Positions 31,800 to 40,229 of a stretch of 64,000 nt of DNA are shown here, piece by piece. The DNA is taken from the NCBI GenBank assembly GCA_002305415.1, contig DBQX01000131.1, forward strand, positions 3,781 to 67,780. The letters are read 5' to 3'. The notes under the pieces are model-generated. The model was not told where the DNA came from. It ran no database searches and saw nothing but the letters and a program-made list of their open reading frames with translations. The position numbers and the translations under genes are program-made. Source of the DNA: Actinomycetales bacterium UBA1383. GTDB lineage: Bacteria; Actinomycetota; Actinomycetes; Actinomycetales; Actinomycetaceae. How positions within the stretch are numbered: position 1 is the first letter of the stretch; each line of letters opens with the position of its first letter.

Positions 31800-32359
31800 C
31801 AGTTGGCGCGGCCGAGGTACTCGCCGGACCGCGTGTCGACCTTCACCCGCGTGCCCTGCTCGAGGAAGAGGGGAACCTGGATCTCGTAGCCGGTCTCGAG
31901 CGTGGCGGGCTTGGTGCCGGCGGACGCGCGGTCGCCCTGCAGGCCCGGCTCGGTGTAGGCGATCTCGAGGACGACGGACGCAGGCAGTTCGATGTACAGG
32001 ACCTGGCCGTCGTGCATGGCCACGATCGCACCCTGCGACTCCAGCATGAAGTTCGCCGCGTTGCCCACGGTCTCGGCGGGCACGTGGATCTGGTCGAACG
32101 TGTCCGTGTCCATGAACACGAAGTCCGTCCCGTCCTTGTAGAGGTACTGCATGTCCCGCTTGTCGACGGTCGCGGTCTCCACCTTGACGCCCGCGTTGAA
32201 GGTCTTGTCGACGACCTTGCCGGAGAGCACGTTCTTGAGCTTCGTCCGGACGAACGCCGGGCCCTTGCCGGGCTTGACGTGCTGGAATTCCACCACGGTC
32301 CAGAGCTGGCCCTCCAGGTTGAGCACCATGCCGTTCTTGAGGTCGTTCGTGGTTGCCAC
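31799..32359 (-). CDS. efp: elongation factor P
   Basis: ORF 31799..32530 trimmed to the GTG at 32359 ([54 protein letters not shown]...), a canonical EF-P of 186 aa. Confidence 0.95.
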   Translation of the reverse strand: MATTNDLKNGMVLNLEGQLWTVVEFQHVKPGKGPAFVRTKLKNVLSGKVVDKTFNAGVKVETATVDKRDMQYLYKDGTDFVFMDTDTFDQIHVPAETVGNAANFMLESQGAIVAMHDGQVLYIELPASVVLEIAYTEPGLQGDRASAGTKPATLETGYEIQVPLFLEQGTRVKVDTRSGEYLGRAN

Positions 32360-32400
32360 CGGGCAGGCCCTTCGGTTGAGGTGATTGTGCGCAGGCAAGT

Positions 32401-32892
32401 TTACCGCACGGGCGGCAGCACCCCGATCACGGCCTCCGCCACCGCCTCGACGTCCCGGTCCGCCACCTCGACGACGTGGTCCGCCACCGCCCGGTACACG
32501 GGTCCGCGCTCCCGGAGCATCCTGCTCCACAGCTGGCGCGGGTTGACGATGGCGGAGGGCTGGGGGCGGGCCAGCCCGGCCCGCTGGAAGGTGCGCGCCG
32601 GGTCCGCGTCCAGCAGCACGACGACATGGTCCCGGAGGATGCCTGCCGTGCGGGGATCGTCCAGAGCGGAGGATCCGACCGCCACGACTCCGTCACCGTC
32701 GAGTCCCGCCAGCACCTCGGCCTGTCGGGCGGACAGTCCGGCGGTACCGGCCTCCAGGACGATCTCACTGATCGCCCCGTGCCGGTCCGCGACCTCCGCG
32801 TCGAGGTCGTGGAACTCGAGGCCGAGCCGGGCCGCGACCACGGCGCCGACCGACGTCGTGCCGGATCCCGGGGGTCCGATGAGCGCGATCAT
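32401..32892 (-). CDS. aroK: shikimate kinase homologue with atypical P-loop and shikimate-site residues
   Basis: 163 aa and collinear with mycobacterial AroK ([21 protein letters not shown]......G.SI.EI.......[11 protein letters not shown]....VV.L......RP...YR.VA). The ATG overlaps the aroC stop. Conserved GSGKS is GSGTT, and the GGG motif is GSS (see findings). Confidence 0.75.
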   Translation of the reverse strand: MIALIGPPGSGTTSVGAVVAARLGLEFHDLDAEVADRHGAISEIVLEAGTAGLSARQAEVLAGLDGDGVVAVGSSALDDPRTAGILRDHVVVLLDADPARTFQRAGLARPQPSAIVNPRQLWSRMLRERGPVYRAVADHVVEVADRDVEAVAEAVIGVLPPVR

Positions 32893-34073
32893 CCGGTCAC
32901 GGGGCGAGTGGCGTCGCTGATGGACGCCAGGTACCCGTGGAGGTTGCGCCGGATCTCGGCGACGCCGTCGCCGCCCGTCTTCTTCAGCAGCTCCTCGGCC
33001 AGCACGATCGCCACCATGGCCTGGGCGACCACAGCGGCGGGGGCGGCGGCGCAGACGTCCGACCGCTGGTTGATGGCGGTGGCCTCCGCGCCGGTGACCA
33101 TGTCGATGGTGCGCAGGGCGCGAGGGATGGAGGAGATGGGCTTGAGCGCGGCGCGCGCGACGATGGGGGAACCGTTCGACATGCCGCCCTCGATCCCGCC
33201 CGCGCGGTTGGTGAGCCGTCCGTCGCGGGTCATCTCGTCGTGGGCCTGGGAGCCGCGGCGGCGCGCGGTCTCGAAGCCGTCCCCGATCTCCACCCCCTTG
33301 ATGGCCTGGATACCCATGAGTGCCCCGGCGATTCGCGCGTCGAGGCGATCCGGCCCGCTGACGTAGGTCCCGAGGCCGACGGGCACCCCGTACGCGATGA
33401 CCTCCACGATGCCGCCGAGCGTGTCGGCGTCCTTGTGGGCGGCGTCGATCTCCGCGGCCATGGCGGCGTCGGTGGCCGGGTCGAGGCAGCGGACGCGGGT
33501 CTGGTCCAGGGCGTCCGTGTCGTCGGGCCCCGGCCGGGCGGCGTCGTCGGGCAACTGGACGCGACCGACCCCGATGACATGGGACACGAGCCTGATTCCC
33601 GCGACCTGGTGCAGGATCGCCTCCGCGAGGGTGCCGATCACGACCCTTGCGGCGGTCTCCCGGGCGCTCGCCCGCTCGAGGACCGGCCGGATGTCGGAGT
33701 GCCCGAATTTCAGGACGCCGGCGAGGTCTGCGTGCCCGGGGCGGGGCCGGGTCAGGGCCGCGCCGCGTGCCGAGCCCTCGAGCGATCCCTCGATCGGGTC
33801 GGCGGACATGACCTCACGCCACTTGGGCCACTCCGTGTTGCCGATCATCACGGCGACCGGCGAGCCCATGGTCACGCCATGGCGGACGCCGGAGAGGATG
33901 GTCAGCTCATCCTCCTCGAACTTCATCCGGGCGCCGCGGCCGTGGCCCCGGCGTCGCCGCGCGAGTGCGAGCCGGAAGTCCTCGGAGGTGATCTCGATGC
34001 CGGCGGGCACACCCTGCGCGACCGCGACGAGGGCGGGGCCGTGCGACTCGCCCGCTGTCAGCCACGTGAACAT
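32889..34073 (-). CDS. aroC: chorismate synthase
   Basis: ORF 32889..34280 trimmed to the ATG at 34073 ([25 protein letters not shown]). [25 protein letters not shown] and [13 protein letters not shown] motifs are intact. 394 aa. Confidence 0.95.
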   Translation of the reverse strand: MFTWLTAGESHGPALVAVAQGVPAGIEITSEDFRLALARRRRGHGRGARMKFEEDELTILSGVRHGVTMGSPVAVMIGNTEWPKWREVMSADPIEGSLEGSARGAALTRPRPGHADLAGVLKFGHSDIRPVLERASARETAARVVIGTLAEAILHQVAGIRLVSHVIGVGRVQLPDDAARPGPDDTDALDQTRVRCLDPATDAAMAAEIDAAHKDADTLGGIVEVIAYGVPVGLGTYVSGPDRLDARIAGALMGIQAIKGVEIGDGFETARRRGSQAHDEMTRDGRLTNRAGGIEGGMSNGSPIVARAALKPISSIPRALRTIDMVTGAEATAINQRSDVCAAAPAAVVAQAMVAIVLAEELLKKTGGDGVAEIRRNLHGYLASISDATRPVTG

Positions 34074-34102
34074 GGGACGATCCTGCCACGTGCGGACGTG
34101 CC

Positions 34103-34633
34103 TCAGGAACCCGGCCACCAGGTGGCCGCCGCGGCCCCGGCCGCCAGCATCGGCCCGAAGGGGATGCGTGTCGAGAGCGGCGTCCCGCGGGCGCGCAGGA
34201 GGAGCGCGGCGAGGCCTCCCAGGAGCGCGGCCGTGGCCATCATGATCACGGGCGCCCCGGGCGCGATCCAGCCGGCCCACGTGCCGAGGAGGACGCCGAA
34301 CTTCACGTCACCGAATCCGAGTCCCCCGCGGGAGATGAGCGCGAGCGCCAGCAGTCCCGTCGCGGTGCACACGGCGCCCGCGCCGGCATGCGCGATCCCA
34401 CTCGTGTCACCGGCCACCCAGGATGCGCCCGCGATGCTGAGGAGGAGCATGCCCAGGGCCGGGAGGACCACCCGGTCCGGGAGGTGGTGGGTCTCGGCGT
34501 CGGTCATGGCGAGCCAGCCCGCGGCGGCCCCCACGCCGGCTCCGGCCACGGCGTGCCATGCACTCGGGGCAGCGGTCGCGAACAGGACGGCGCCCACGGC
34601 GGCGGCGCTCAGCCGCCGCTGGCGTCCCGCCAC
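34103..34633 (-). CDS. A24-family prepilin peptidase-like membrane protein
   Basis: 176 aa, polytopic. It has the two Asp-containing motifs (THHLPD and GLGFGDVKF, i.e. GxGDxK) typical of type IV prepilin peptidase domains. It sits next to aroC as in many actinobacteria. The start is uncertain because 34633 overlaps the mltG 3' end by 25 nt. Confidence 0.7.
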   Translation of the reverse strand: MAGRQRRLSAAAVGAVLFATAAPSAWHAVAGAGVGAAAGWLAMTDAETHHLPDRVVLPALGMLLLSIAGASWVAGDTSGIAHAGAGAVCTATGLLALALISRGGLGFGDVKFGVLLGTWAGWIAPGAPVIMMATAALLGGLAALLLRARGTPLSTRIPFGPMLAAGAAAATWWPGS

Positions 34634-35736
34634 TCCCGGAACTCCTGGACGTAGCGCAGGTGCTCCTCGAGGGTGGAGGCGAACTTCGTCTCCCCGGTGT
34701 CGAGGTTCACGGTGACGAAGTACAGCCAGTCACCCTCGGGCGGGTTGAGGACGGCGTCGATGGCTGCCCGCCCCGGTGACCCGATCGGCGTCGGCGGCAG
34801 TCCGGGATGGATGTAGGTGTTCCACGGGGTGTCCGTGTCCAGTTGCGCCTGGGTGGGGACCCCGCCGGTCTGGCCGACGCCGTACAGCACGGTCGAGTCC
34901 ATCTGGAGCCGTCCACCGACATCGGCTGCGGTGTTGGTGAGGCGGTTCTCGATGACCCGCGCGACCTGGCCGTAGTACTCCGGCGTGGCCTCCCGCTCCA
35001 CGATCGAGGCCTTGATGAGGACCTCCTGCCAGCGCTCCTGGGGTACCCCGGCAGCCTGCAGGTTCGTGACCGTCTGCGCGACCATGGTGGCGAGGATGTC
35101 GGTGGCGGTCGCACTGGGGGCGAAGGGGTAGGTGGCGGGGGCGAACCAGCCCTCAGGGCTGCCCCCGGCCTCCGCGGGGAGCCCGATGGCGGCTGTGTCG
35201 GCGGCCGCCGCCTGGACGTCCTCGACGGCGAACCCCATCACCCGCGCGATGCGTTCGTAGACCTGCGTGGCGATGAACCCCTCGGGCACAGTGATGGTGA
35301 TCTCCGCGCGGTTCGCGGGATCGAGCAGTGCGGCGACCGCGTCGGAGGCCTTCATCTCGAGCATCAGGACGAAGGCGCCGGCCTGGATGTTCCCGGAGTT
35401 CGGGTTGGACGTGAAGGCCGCGGAGAACGCCTCGGCGGTGCGCACGACCCCCGCGTCCTCGAGCAGTCGGCCGATGTCCGCGCCCGTCGCACCGGAGGGG
35501 ATCTCCACGACGACCTCACCGGTTCCCGGACCTGGGTAGTCCTCCGGCGCCGGTTCGGAGGTGAAGATGCCGGAGATCTGCGGCCAGGCGAGCGCGAGGG
35601 CCGCACCGATGATGGCGATGCCGAACACGATGGCGAGCACACCCCGACGCCGCTTCGCCTTCCGGATGCGGGTGGACTCCTGGGCGCGGCGCGCATCGCG
35701 GCGGGATGGCGCGGGCGATTCGAACAGCTCGGTCAT
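34609..35736 (-). CDS. mltG: endolytic murein transglycosylase MltG (YceG-like)
   Basis: The C-terminal 375 codons of ORF 34609..36441, starting at the ATG at 35736, which overlaps the ruvX stop (ATGA). A basic N-terminus and one TM helix (VLAIVFGIAIIGAALALAW) are followed by a YceG domain (ASIVEREA...LQMDSTVLYG...DTPWNTYIHPGLPPTPIGSPG). Confidence 0.9.
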   Translation of the reverse strand: MTELFESPAPSRRDARRAQESTRIRKAKRRRGVLAIVFGIAIIGAALALAWPQISGIFTSEPAPEDYPGPGTGEVVVEIPSGATGADIGRLLEDAGVVRTAEAFSAAFTSNPNSGNIQAGAFVLMLEMKASDAVAALLDPANRAEITITVPEGFIATQVYERIARVMGFAVEDVQAAAADTAAIGLPAEAGGSPEGWFAPATYPFAPSATATDILATMVAQTVTNLQAAGVPQERWQEVLIKASIVEREATPEYYGQVARVIENRLTNTAADVGGRLQMDSTVLYGVGQTGGVPTQAQLDTDTPWNTYIHPGLPPTPIGSPGRAAIDAVLNPPEGDWLYFVTVNLDTGETKFASTLEEHLRYVQEFREWRDASGG

Positions 35737-36209
35737 CGGGATTCCTCCAGTGTCAGCAGCTCGCCCGGTGGCAGGCCGGTGTGGCGCTCGATCGCGAGGG
35801 CCTGGTCGAGGATGAGTGTCGCGGCCACCTGGTCGACCACCGCCCGGTGCCGGCGGCTCTCGCGACCCGCACCGTGGAGCGCCTGGTGGGCCGAGACGGT
35901 GGTGAGGCGTTCGTCCACCAGCCGTACAGGAACCCGCGGGATGGCGCGAGCGATCGCCTCCGCGTAGCGGCGGGCTGCCACGGCGGCCGGGCCCTCCTGG
36001 CCCGAGAGCGAGAGGGGCAGACCGACAATGATCTCGGTCGCGTGCACCTCCTGCGCGATCCGGGCGAGCACCTCGAGTTCGGCGCCGTCCGCCGCGCGGC
36101 GCAGCGTCCGCACGGGGAGGGTCATCGTGCCCGCGGGATCCGTACGGGCGACGCCGACGCGCACGGTGCCGACGTCGATCCCGATCCGGGTCCCGGGCCG
36201 GACAGTCAC
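35733..36209 (-). CDS. ruvX: Holliday junction resolvase-like nuclease RuvX (YqgF)
   Basis: RIGIDVGTVRVGVA..D......P..T........E...IA......EIIVGLPLSLSG.EG.AA...R.YA......VPVRLVDERLTTV.A is the YqgF family pattern. The start overlaps the alaS stop. Confidence 0.92.
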   Translation of the reverse strand: MTVRPGTRIGIDVGTVRVGVARTDPAGTMTLPVRTLRRAADGAELEVLARIAQEVHATEIIVGLPLSLSGQEGPAAVAARRYAEAIARAIPRVPVRLVDERLTTVSAHQALHGAGRESRRHRAVVDQVAATLILDQALAIERHTGLPPGELLTLEESR

Positions 36210-38866
36210 GGGACCAGGTGCCCGCGGAGGGCCTCGATGGCCGCGGGAATCGATTCGGCGCGGGTTCCCCCGCCCTGGGCCACGTCGTCGCGGCCGCCGC
36301 CGCCACCGCCGAGGATGGCCGCCACTTCACGTACCAGGACCCCGGCGCGGTGCCCCCGCTCCCGTGCCTCGGGCGAGAGGGCGACGACGACCAGCGGGCG
36401 TCCGCCGGCGACCCCCAGGAGCGCCACCGCACCGCCAACACCGAGCCGGGACCGCACGTCGAGGGCGAGCGTGCGCAGCTCGTCCGCCCCGGGCACCTCC
36501 CCCACGTCGTGCACGACGACGCGCAGCGGGCCGGCCGCGACGGCGCCCGCGGCCAGCGCGGGGGCGGAGCCGAGCACCTGTGCCCGGCGCACCTGTGCGA
36601 GTTCCTTCTCCGCTGCCTTGAGCCGCGCCATGATCTGGGTGATGCGCTCGGGGAGCTCCTCGGGACGAGCTCCGACGAGTTGCGAGACCTGCGAGACGAG
36701 AGCGCTCTCCTTGGCCTGGTGCGCGTAGGCCCCCGCGCCCACCAGAGCCTCGATACGCCTCACGCCGGAGCCGATGGAGGACTCCCCCAGCACGTCGATG
36801 CGCCCGATGTTGCCCGTCAGGGGGACGTGAGTTCCGGCGCACAGTTCCCTGGACCAGCCGTCGCCGATGGTGACGACGCGGACGCGTGCGCCGTACTTCT
36901 CCCCGAAGAGCGCCATTGCGCCCAGGCGCTTCGCCTCCTCCAGGTCCATGACGGAGTCGGTGATCTCGAGGTTCTCCGCCACCAGCGTGTTCACCCGCCC
37001 CTCGATCTCTGCCATCGCCCCAGGTGAGACCGTCGCGCCGTGCTGGAAGTCGAACCGGAGCCGCGAGGGTGCGTTCTCCGAGCCTGCCTGGGTCGCCTGG
37101 TCCCCGAGCGTCTCGTGGAGGGCCTTGTGGACCATGTGCGTCGCGGTGTGGGCCTGGGCGATCTGGCGGCGTCGCACCGTGTCGATCGTCGCGATTCCCG
37201 TCTCGTCCAGCGTCAGCTGTCCTTCGGTCAGGGTGCCGCGGTGCACGGTCACTCCCTTGACCGGCGCCTGCGCGTCGATCACGTCCACGATGCCACCGCC
37301 GCTGAAGCGCAACGTGCCGTGGTCGGCCTGCTGCCCACCCATCTCCGCGTAGAAGGGCGTACGGTCGAGCACGACCTCGACGTCCGCGGGTGCGACGACG
37401 CTCGGGACGGGCCGCCCGTCGACGAGGATTCCCACCACGCGCACCTCGGCCGCCGTCTGCGTGTACCCGACGAAGTCGACACTCCCGCCGAGCCTCGCGC
37501 GCAGTTCGTTGAACACGGTCGTGTCCACGTGCCCCGACTTCTTCGCGAGCGCGTCGGCCCGCGCCCGCTCCTTCTGCTCCGCCATCAGGGAGCGGAAGCC
37601 GGCGGCGTCGACCGCGACGCCCTGCTCGGCGGCGATCTCGAGCGTGAGGTCGATCGGGAACCCGTAGGTGTCGTGCAGCGCGAACGCGTCGCTGCCGCTG
37701 ACCGCGCGCCCCTCCTGCCTGGCCTGCCGGATGGCGCCGTCGAGGATGGTGGTCCCCGCTGCGAGGGTGCGGCGGAACGCCTCCTCCTCGGCGTAGGCAA
37801 CCTCCGCGATCCGGGGGAAGTCCGCCTCGAGCTCGGCGTAGGAGAGCTTCATGACCTCCATCGAGACCGGTAGCAGCTCGGGCAGCACGGGATCGTTCAC
37901 GCCCAGCAACTTCATCGAGCGGACGGCACGGCGGATGAGGCGCCGCAAAACGTAGCCACGCCCGTCGTTCCCCGGTCGGACGCCGTCGCCGATGAGCATC
38001 AGTGCGGACCGGACGTGGTCCGCGACGATCCGCAGCCGCACGTCGCCCGCCTCGTCGGCCCCGTACCGGGTGCCCGCGCGGGCGGCAGCGTGCTCGAGGA
38101 CGGGGTAGACCTCATCGATCTCGTACATGCTGTTCTTGCCCTGCAGCAGGTAGGCGAGCCGCTCCAGCCCGAGGCCGGTGTCGATCGACTTGTGCTCCAG
38201 CTCTCCCAACAGCGGGTAGTCCTTCCCGGAGCCCTCGCCGCGCAGGTACTGGTCGAACACCAGGTTCCAGATCTCGAGGAAGCGGTCACCCCCTGTGTCG
38301 ACGAGGGGCCCGCCGTCCGGCCCGAACTCCGGACCCCGGTCGTAGTGGATCTCGCAGCAGGGCCCGGCGGGTCCCGGCTGGCCGGTGTCCCAGAAGATCT
38401 CCTCCCGCGGCAGGGTCTGGATGCGCGACGGGTCGATGCCGAGCGAGGTGAGTATCCCGGCGGACTCGTCGTCGTGCTCCCAGATCGTGAACCAGAGACG
38501 GTCCTTCTCGAGTCCGTAGCCACCCTCGTCCTGGGCCGTCGTCAGCAGGTCGATGCCGTAGGTGATGGCCCCCTCCTTGAAGTAGTCCCCAAAGGAGAAG
38601 TTGCCGCACATCTGGAAGAACGTGCCGTGGCGGGTGGTGTGGCCGACCTCGTCGATGTCGTTCGTGCGGATGCACTTCTGGACGGAAGCGGCGCGCGGCC
38701 ACGGTGCCTTCTGGGTGCCCACGAAGTACGGGATGAAGGGCACCATCCCGGCGATCGTGAACAGGATCGACGGGTCGGGAGAGACCAGGGAGACGGAAGG
38801 AGCGATGTGGTGGCCGTTCTTCGCGAAGTACTCGAGCCAGCGACGGCGGATCTCACTCGTCCTCAT
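36206..38866 (-). CDS. alaS: alanine--tRNA ligase
   Basis: 886 aa. MRTSEIRRRWLEYFAKNGHHIAPSVSLVSPDPSILFTIAGMVPF..YF...FFQMCGNFSFGDYFK, the editing-domain HTATH motif and a C-terminal DHHA1-like region. Confidence 0.97.
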   Translation of the reverse strand: MRTSEIRRRWLEYFAKNGHHIAPSVSLVSPDPSILFTIAGMVPFIPYFVGTQKAPWPRAASVQKCIRTNDIDEVGHTTRHGTFFQMCGNFSFGDYFKEGAITYGIDLLTTAQDEGGYGLEKDRLWFTIWEHDDESAGILTSLGIDPSRIQTLPREEIFWDTGQPGPAGPCCEIHYDRGPEFGPDGGPLVDTGGDRFLEIWNLVFDQYLRGEGSGKDYPLLGELEHKSIDTGLGLERLAYLLQGKNSMYEIDEVYPVLEHAAARAGTRYGADEAGDVRLRIVADHVRSALMLIGDGVRPGNDGRGYVLRRLIRRAVRSMKLLGVNDPVLPELLPVSMEVMKLSYAELEADFPRIAEVAYAEEEAFRRTLAAGTTILDGAIRQARQEGRAVSGSDAFALHDTYGFPIDLTLEIAAEQGVAVDAAGFRSLMAEQKERARADALAKKSGHVDTTVFNELRARLGGSVDFVGYTQTAAEVRVVGILVDGRPVPSVVAPADVEVVLDRTPFYAEMGGQQADHGTLRFSGGGIVDVIDAQAPVKGVTVHRGTLTEGQLTLDETGIATIDTVRRRQIAQAHTATHMVHKALHETLGDQATQAGSENAPSRLRFDFQHGATVSPGAMAEIEGRVNTLVAENLEITDSVMDLEEAKRLGAMALFGEKYGARVRVVTIGDGWSRELCAGTHVPLTGNIGRIDVLGESSIGSGVRRIEALVGAGAYAHQAKESALVSQVSQLVGARPEELPERITQIMARLKAAEKELAQVRRAQVLGSAPALAAGAVAAGPLRVVVHDVGEVPGADELRTLALDVRSRLGVGGAVALLGVAGGRPLVVVALSPEARERGHRAGVLVREVAAILGGGGGGRDDVAQGGGTRAESIPAAIEALRGHLVP

Positions 38867-39023
38867 CGTCGTACCCTTCCCACGCGGCAGCGCGCCTGGA
38901 GCGGGCGCGCACGACCTGGTCGTCCGACGGCGCGAGCTCGGAGAGCAGGTACTCCTCGTGCTCCCGCATCACCGCCGTGAACTCGGCGACGAACCCACGC
39001 AGGACCTCCACCGGCGACCTCAT
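38853..39023 (-). CDS. possible small acidic protein (56 aa), unannotated in the ORF track
   Basis: The ATG at 39023 overlaps the stop of the DUF948 gene (ATGA). Translation: MRSPVEVLRGFVAEFTAVMREHEEYLLSELAPSDDQVVRARSRRAAAWEGYDDEDE*. It fills the otherwise empty 150-nt gap and its 3' end overlaps the alaS start by 14 nt. At under 60 aa it falls outside the ORF track. I recognise no family. Confidence 0.4.
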   Translation of the reverse strand: MRSPVEVLRGFVAEFTAVMREHEEYLLSELAPSDDQVVRARSRRAAAWEGYDDEDE

Positions 39024-39376
39024 GTGCGTGCCTTCCCGCGGAAGACCACCCGCCGCACAGCCTCGGAGAAGGCTGCCGCCTTGATGAGCGGCCGCGCCAC
39101 GGTCGCCGCGACGAGCGTGGTCATGGCCGAGATGTTCTGGGCTGCCTCAGCGGCCGGAGTCGTCACGTCGTCCACCTTGACGAGCTGGGCGTTGGCCAGC
39201 CTCACGCTCTCCGCGGCGTCGTCGATGACGGGCACCGTGTGGGTGGTCAGCTCACGGAGCGTCACGCGCGCCTCGTCAAGCACCGTCCCCAGCTTGAGCA
39301 GGGGTACTGCAAGGAAGGCGACGAGCGCCGCGAAGGCGACCGCGGCGACGAGACCGGCGATATCGGCGATGGACAT
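39020..39376 (-). CDS. DUF948 domain-containing membrane-anchored protein
   Basis: 118 aa. An N-terminal TM helix (IAGLVAAVAFAALVAFLAVPLL) is followed by a coiled, Ala/Val-rich segment typical of DUF948 (YtxH-like). It sits upstream of alaS as in other actinobacteria. SD GAGGAGGA lies 4 nt upstream of the ATG. Confidence 0.75.
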   Translation of the reverse strand: MSIADIAGLVAAVAFAALVAFLAVPLLKLGTVLDEARVTLRELTTHTVPVIDDAAESVRLANAQLVKVDDVTTPAAEAAQNISAMTTLVAATVARPLIKAAAFSEAVRRVVFRGKART

Positions 39377-39427
39377 GATCCTCCTCAGTGGCTAGGCGCA
39401 AGGATACCCGCGCGCGGCAGGGACGAC

Positions 39428-39458
39428 GCAGCCCCGGGTGCGGGGCACCCAGGGCTGC
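39428..39458 (-). terminator. GC-rich hairpin downstream of rpsD (probable intrinsic terminator)
   Basis: The minus strand reads GCAGCCCUGGGUGC-CCC-GCACCCGGGGCUGC, a 14-bp stem with one mismatch, starting 13 nt after the rpsD stop. There is no clear U-tract, which is common in high-GC actinobacteria. Confidence 0.5.
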
Positions 39459-39470
39459 GGTCGGCGCGGG

Positions 39471-40094
39471 TCAGCGGGAGTAGTGCTCGACGACCAGCTG
39501 CACGTCGCAGGTGATCGGCACCTCTTCGCGCTTCGGCCGGCGCACCAGCTGCGCGCGGAGCTTCTCGAGGGAGACGTCGAGGTACGGCGGGAGCTCGCCC
39601 AGGACCGCGCGGTGCGCGCCGGCAGCGGCCACCTGGAAGGGGTCCGTCACCTGGCTCTTCGGCTTCACTTGGATCACCTGGCCGGGCTTCACCCGGTAGG
39701 ACGGGCGATCCACCAGCTTGCCGTCGACGAGGATGTGGCGGTGGACCACGAACTGTCGGGCCTGGGCGATGGTGCGCGCGAATCCCGCGCGGAGCACGAG
39801 GGCGTCAAGGCGCATCTCGAGGAGCTCGACCAGGTTCTCACCGGTCAGTCCGGCGCCCTTGCGGGCCTCGTCGAAGGTTCGGCGGAGCTGGGCCTCCCGG
39901 ATGCCGTACTGGGCGCGGAGCCGCTGCTTCTCCTTCAGCCGGACGGCGTAGTCGGAGTCCGAACGGCGGCGGGCACGGCCGTGCTCGCCGGGGCCGTACG
40001 GTCGCTTCTCGAAGTACTTGACCGCCTTGGGGGTCAACGCGATCCCGAGGGCTCGGGACTGCCGGACCTGGCGGCGCGAACGGGCGTTTGCCAT
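39471..40094 (-). CDS. rpsD: 30S ribosomal protein S4
   Basis: MANARSRRQVRQSRALGIALTPKAVKYFEKRPYGPGEHGRARRR.SDYA.RL.EKQRLRAQYG..E.Q......A.......GENL..LLE.RLD..V.R.GFA.T...ARQ.V.H.HI.V.G..V..PSY.V is canonical S4. Confidence 0.97.
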   Translation of the reverse strand: MANARSRRQVRQSRALGIALTPKAVKYFEKRPYGPGEHGRARRRSDSDYAVRLKEKQRLRAQYGIREAQLRRTFDEARKGAGLTGENLVELLEMRLDALVLRAGFARTIAQARQFVVHRHILVDGKLVDRPSYRVKPGQVIQVKPKSQVTDPFQVAAAGAHRAVLGELPPYLDVSLEKLRAQLVRRPKREEVPITCDVQLVVEHYSR

Positions 40095-40229
40095 GGGTGT
40101 GCTGCTTCTTCCTGTCGGTTCTCGTCACGCTCGGCGACTCTCGGCCGAGGTGGGGCCGGCCTCTCGTGGGCTGAGGCCCCAGGAACTGCGCGTGCGCAGT
40201 CAACCTGACAATCCTACCACCCGCCGTGG

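Noticed and set aside
34103-34633. Prepilin peptidase-like gene as a hint of a type IV pilus or Tad locus.
   Set aside because: There are no pilin, secretion ATPase or platform genes nearby. This small A24-like gene is a conserved neighbour of aroC in actinobacteria.
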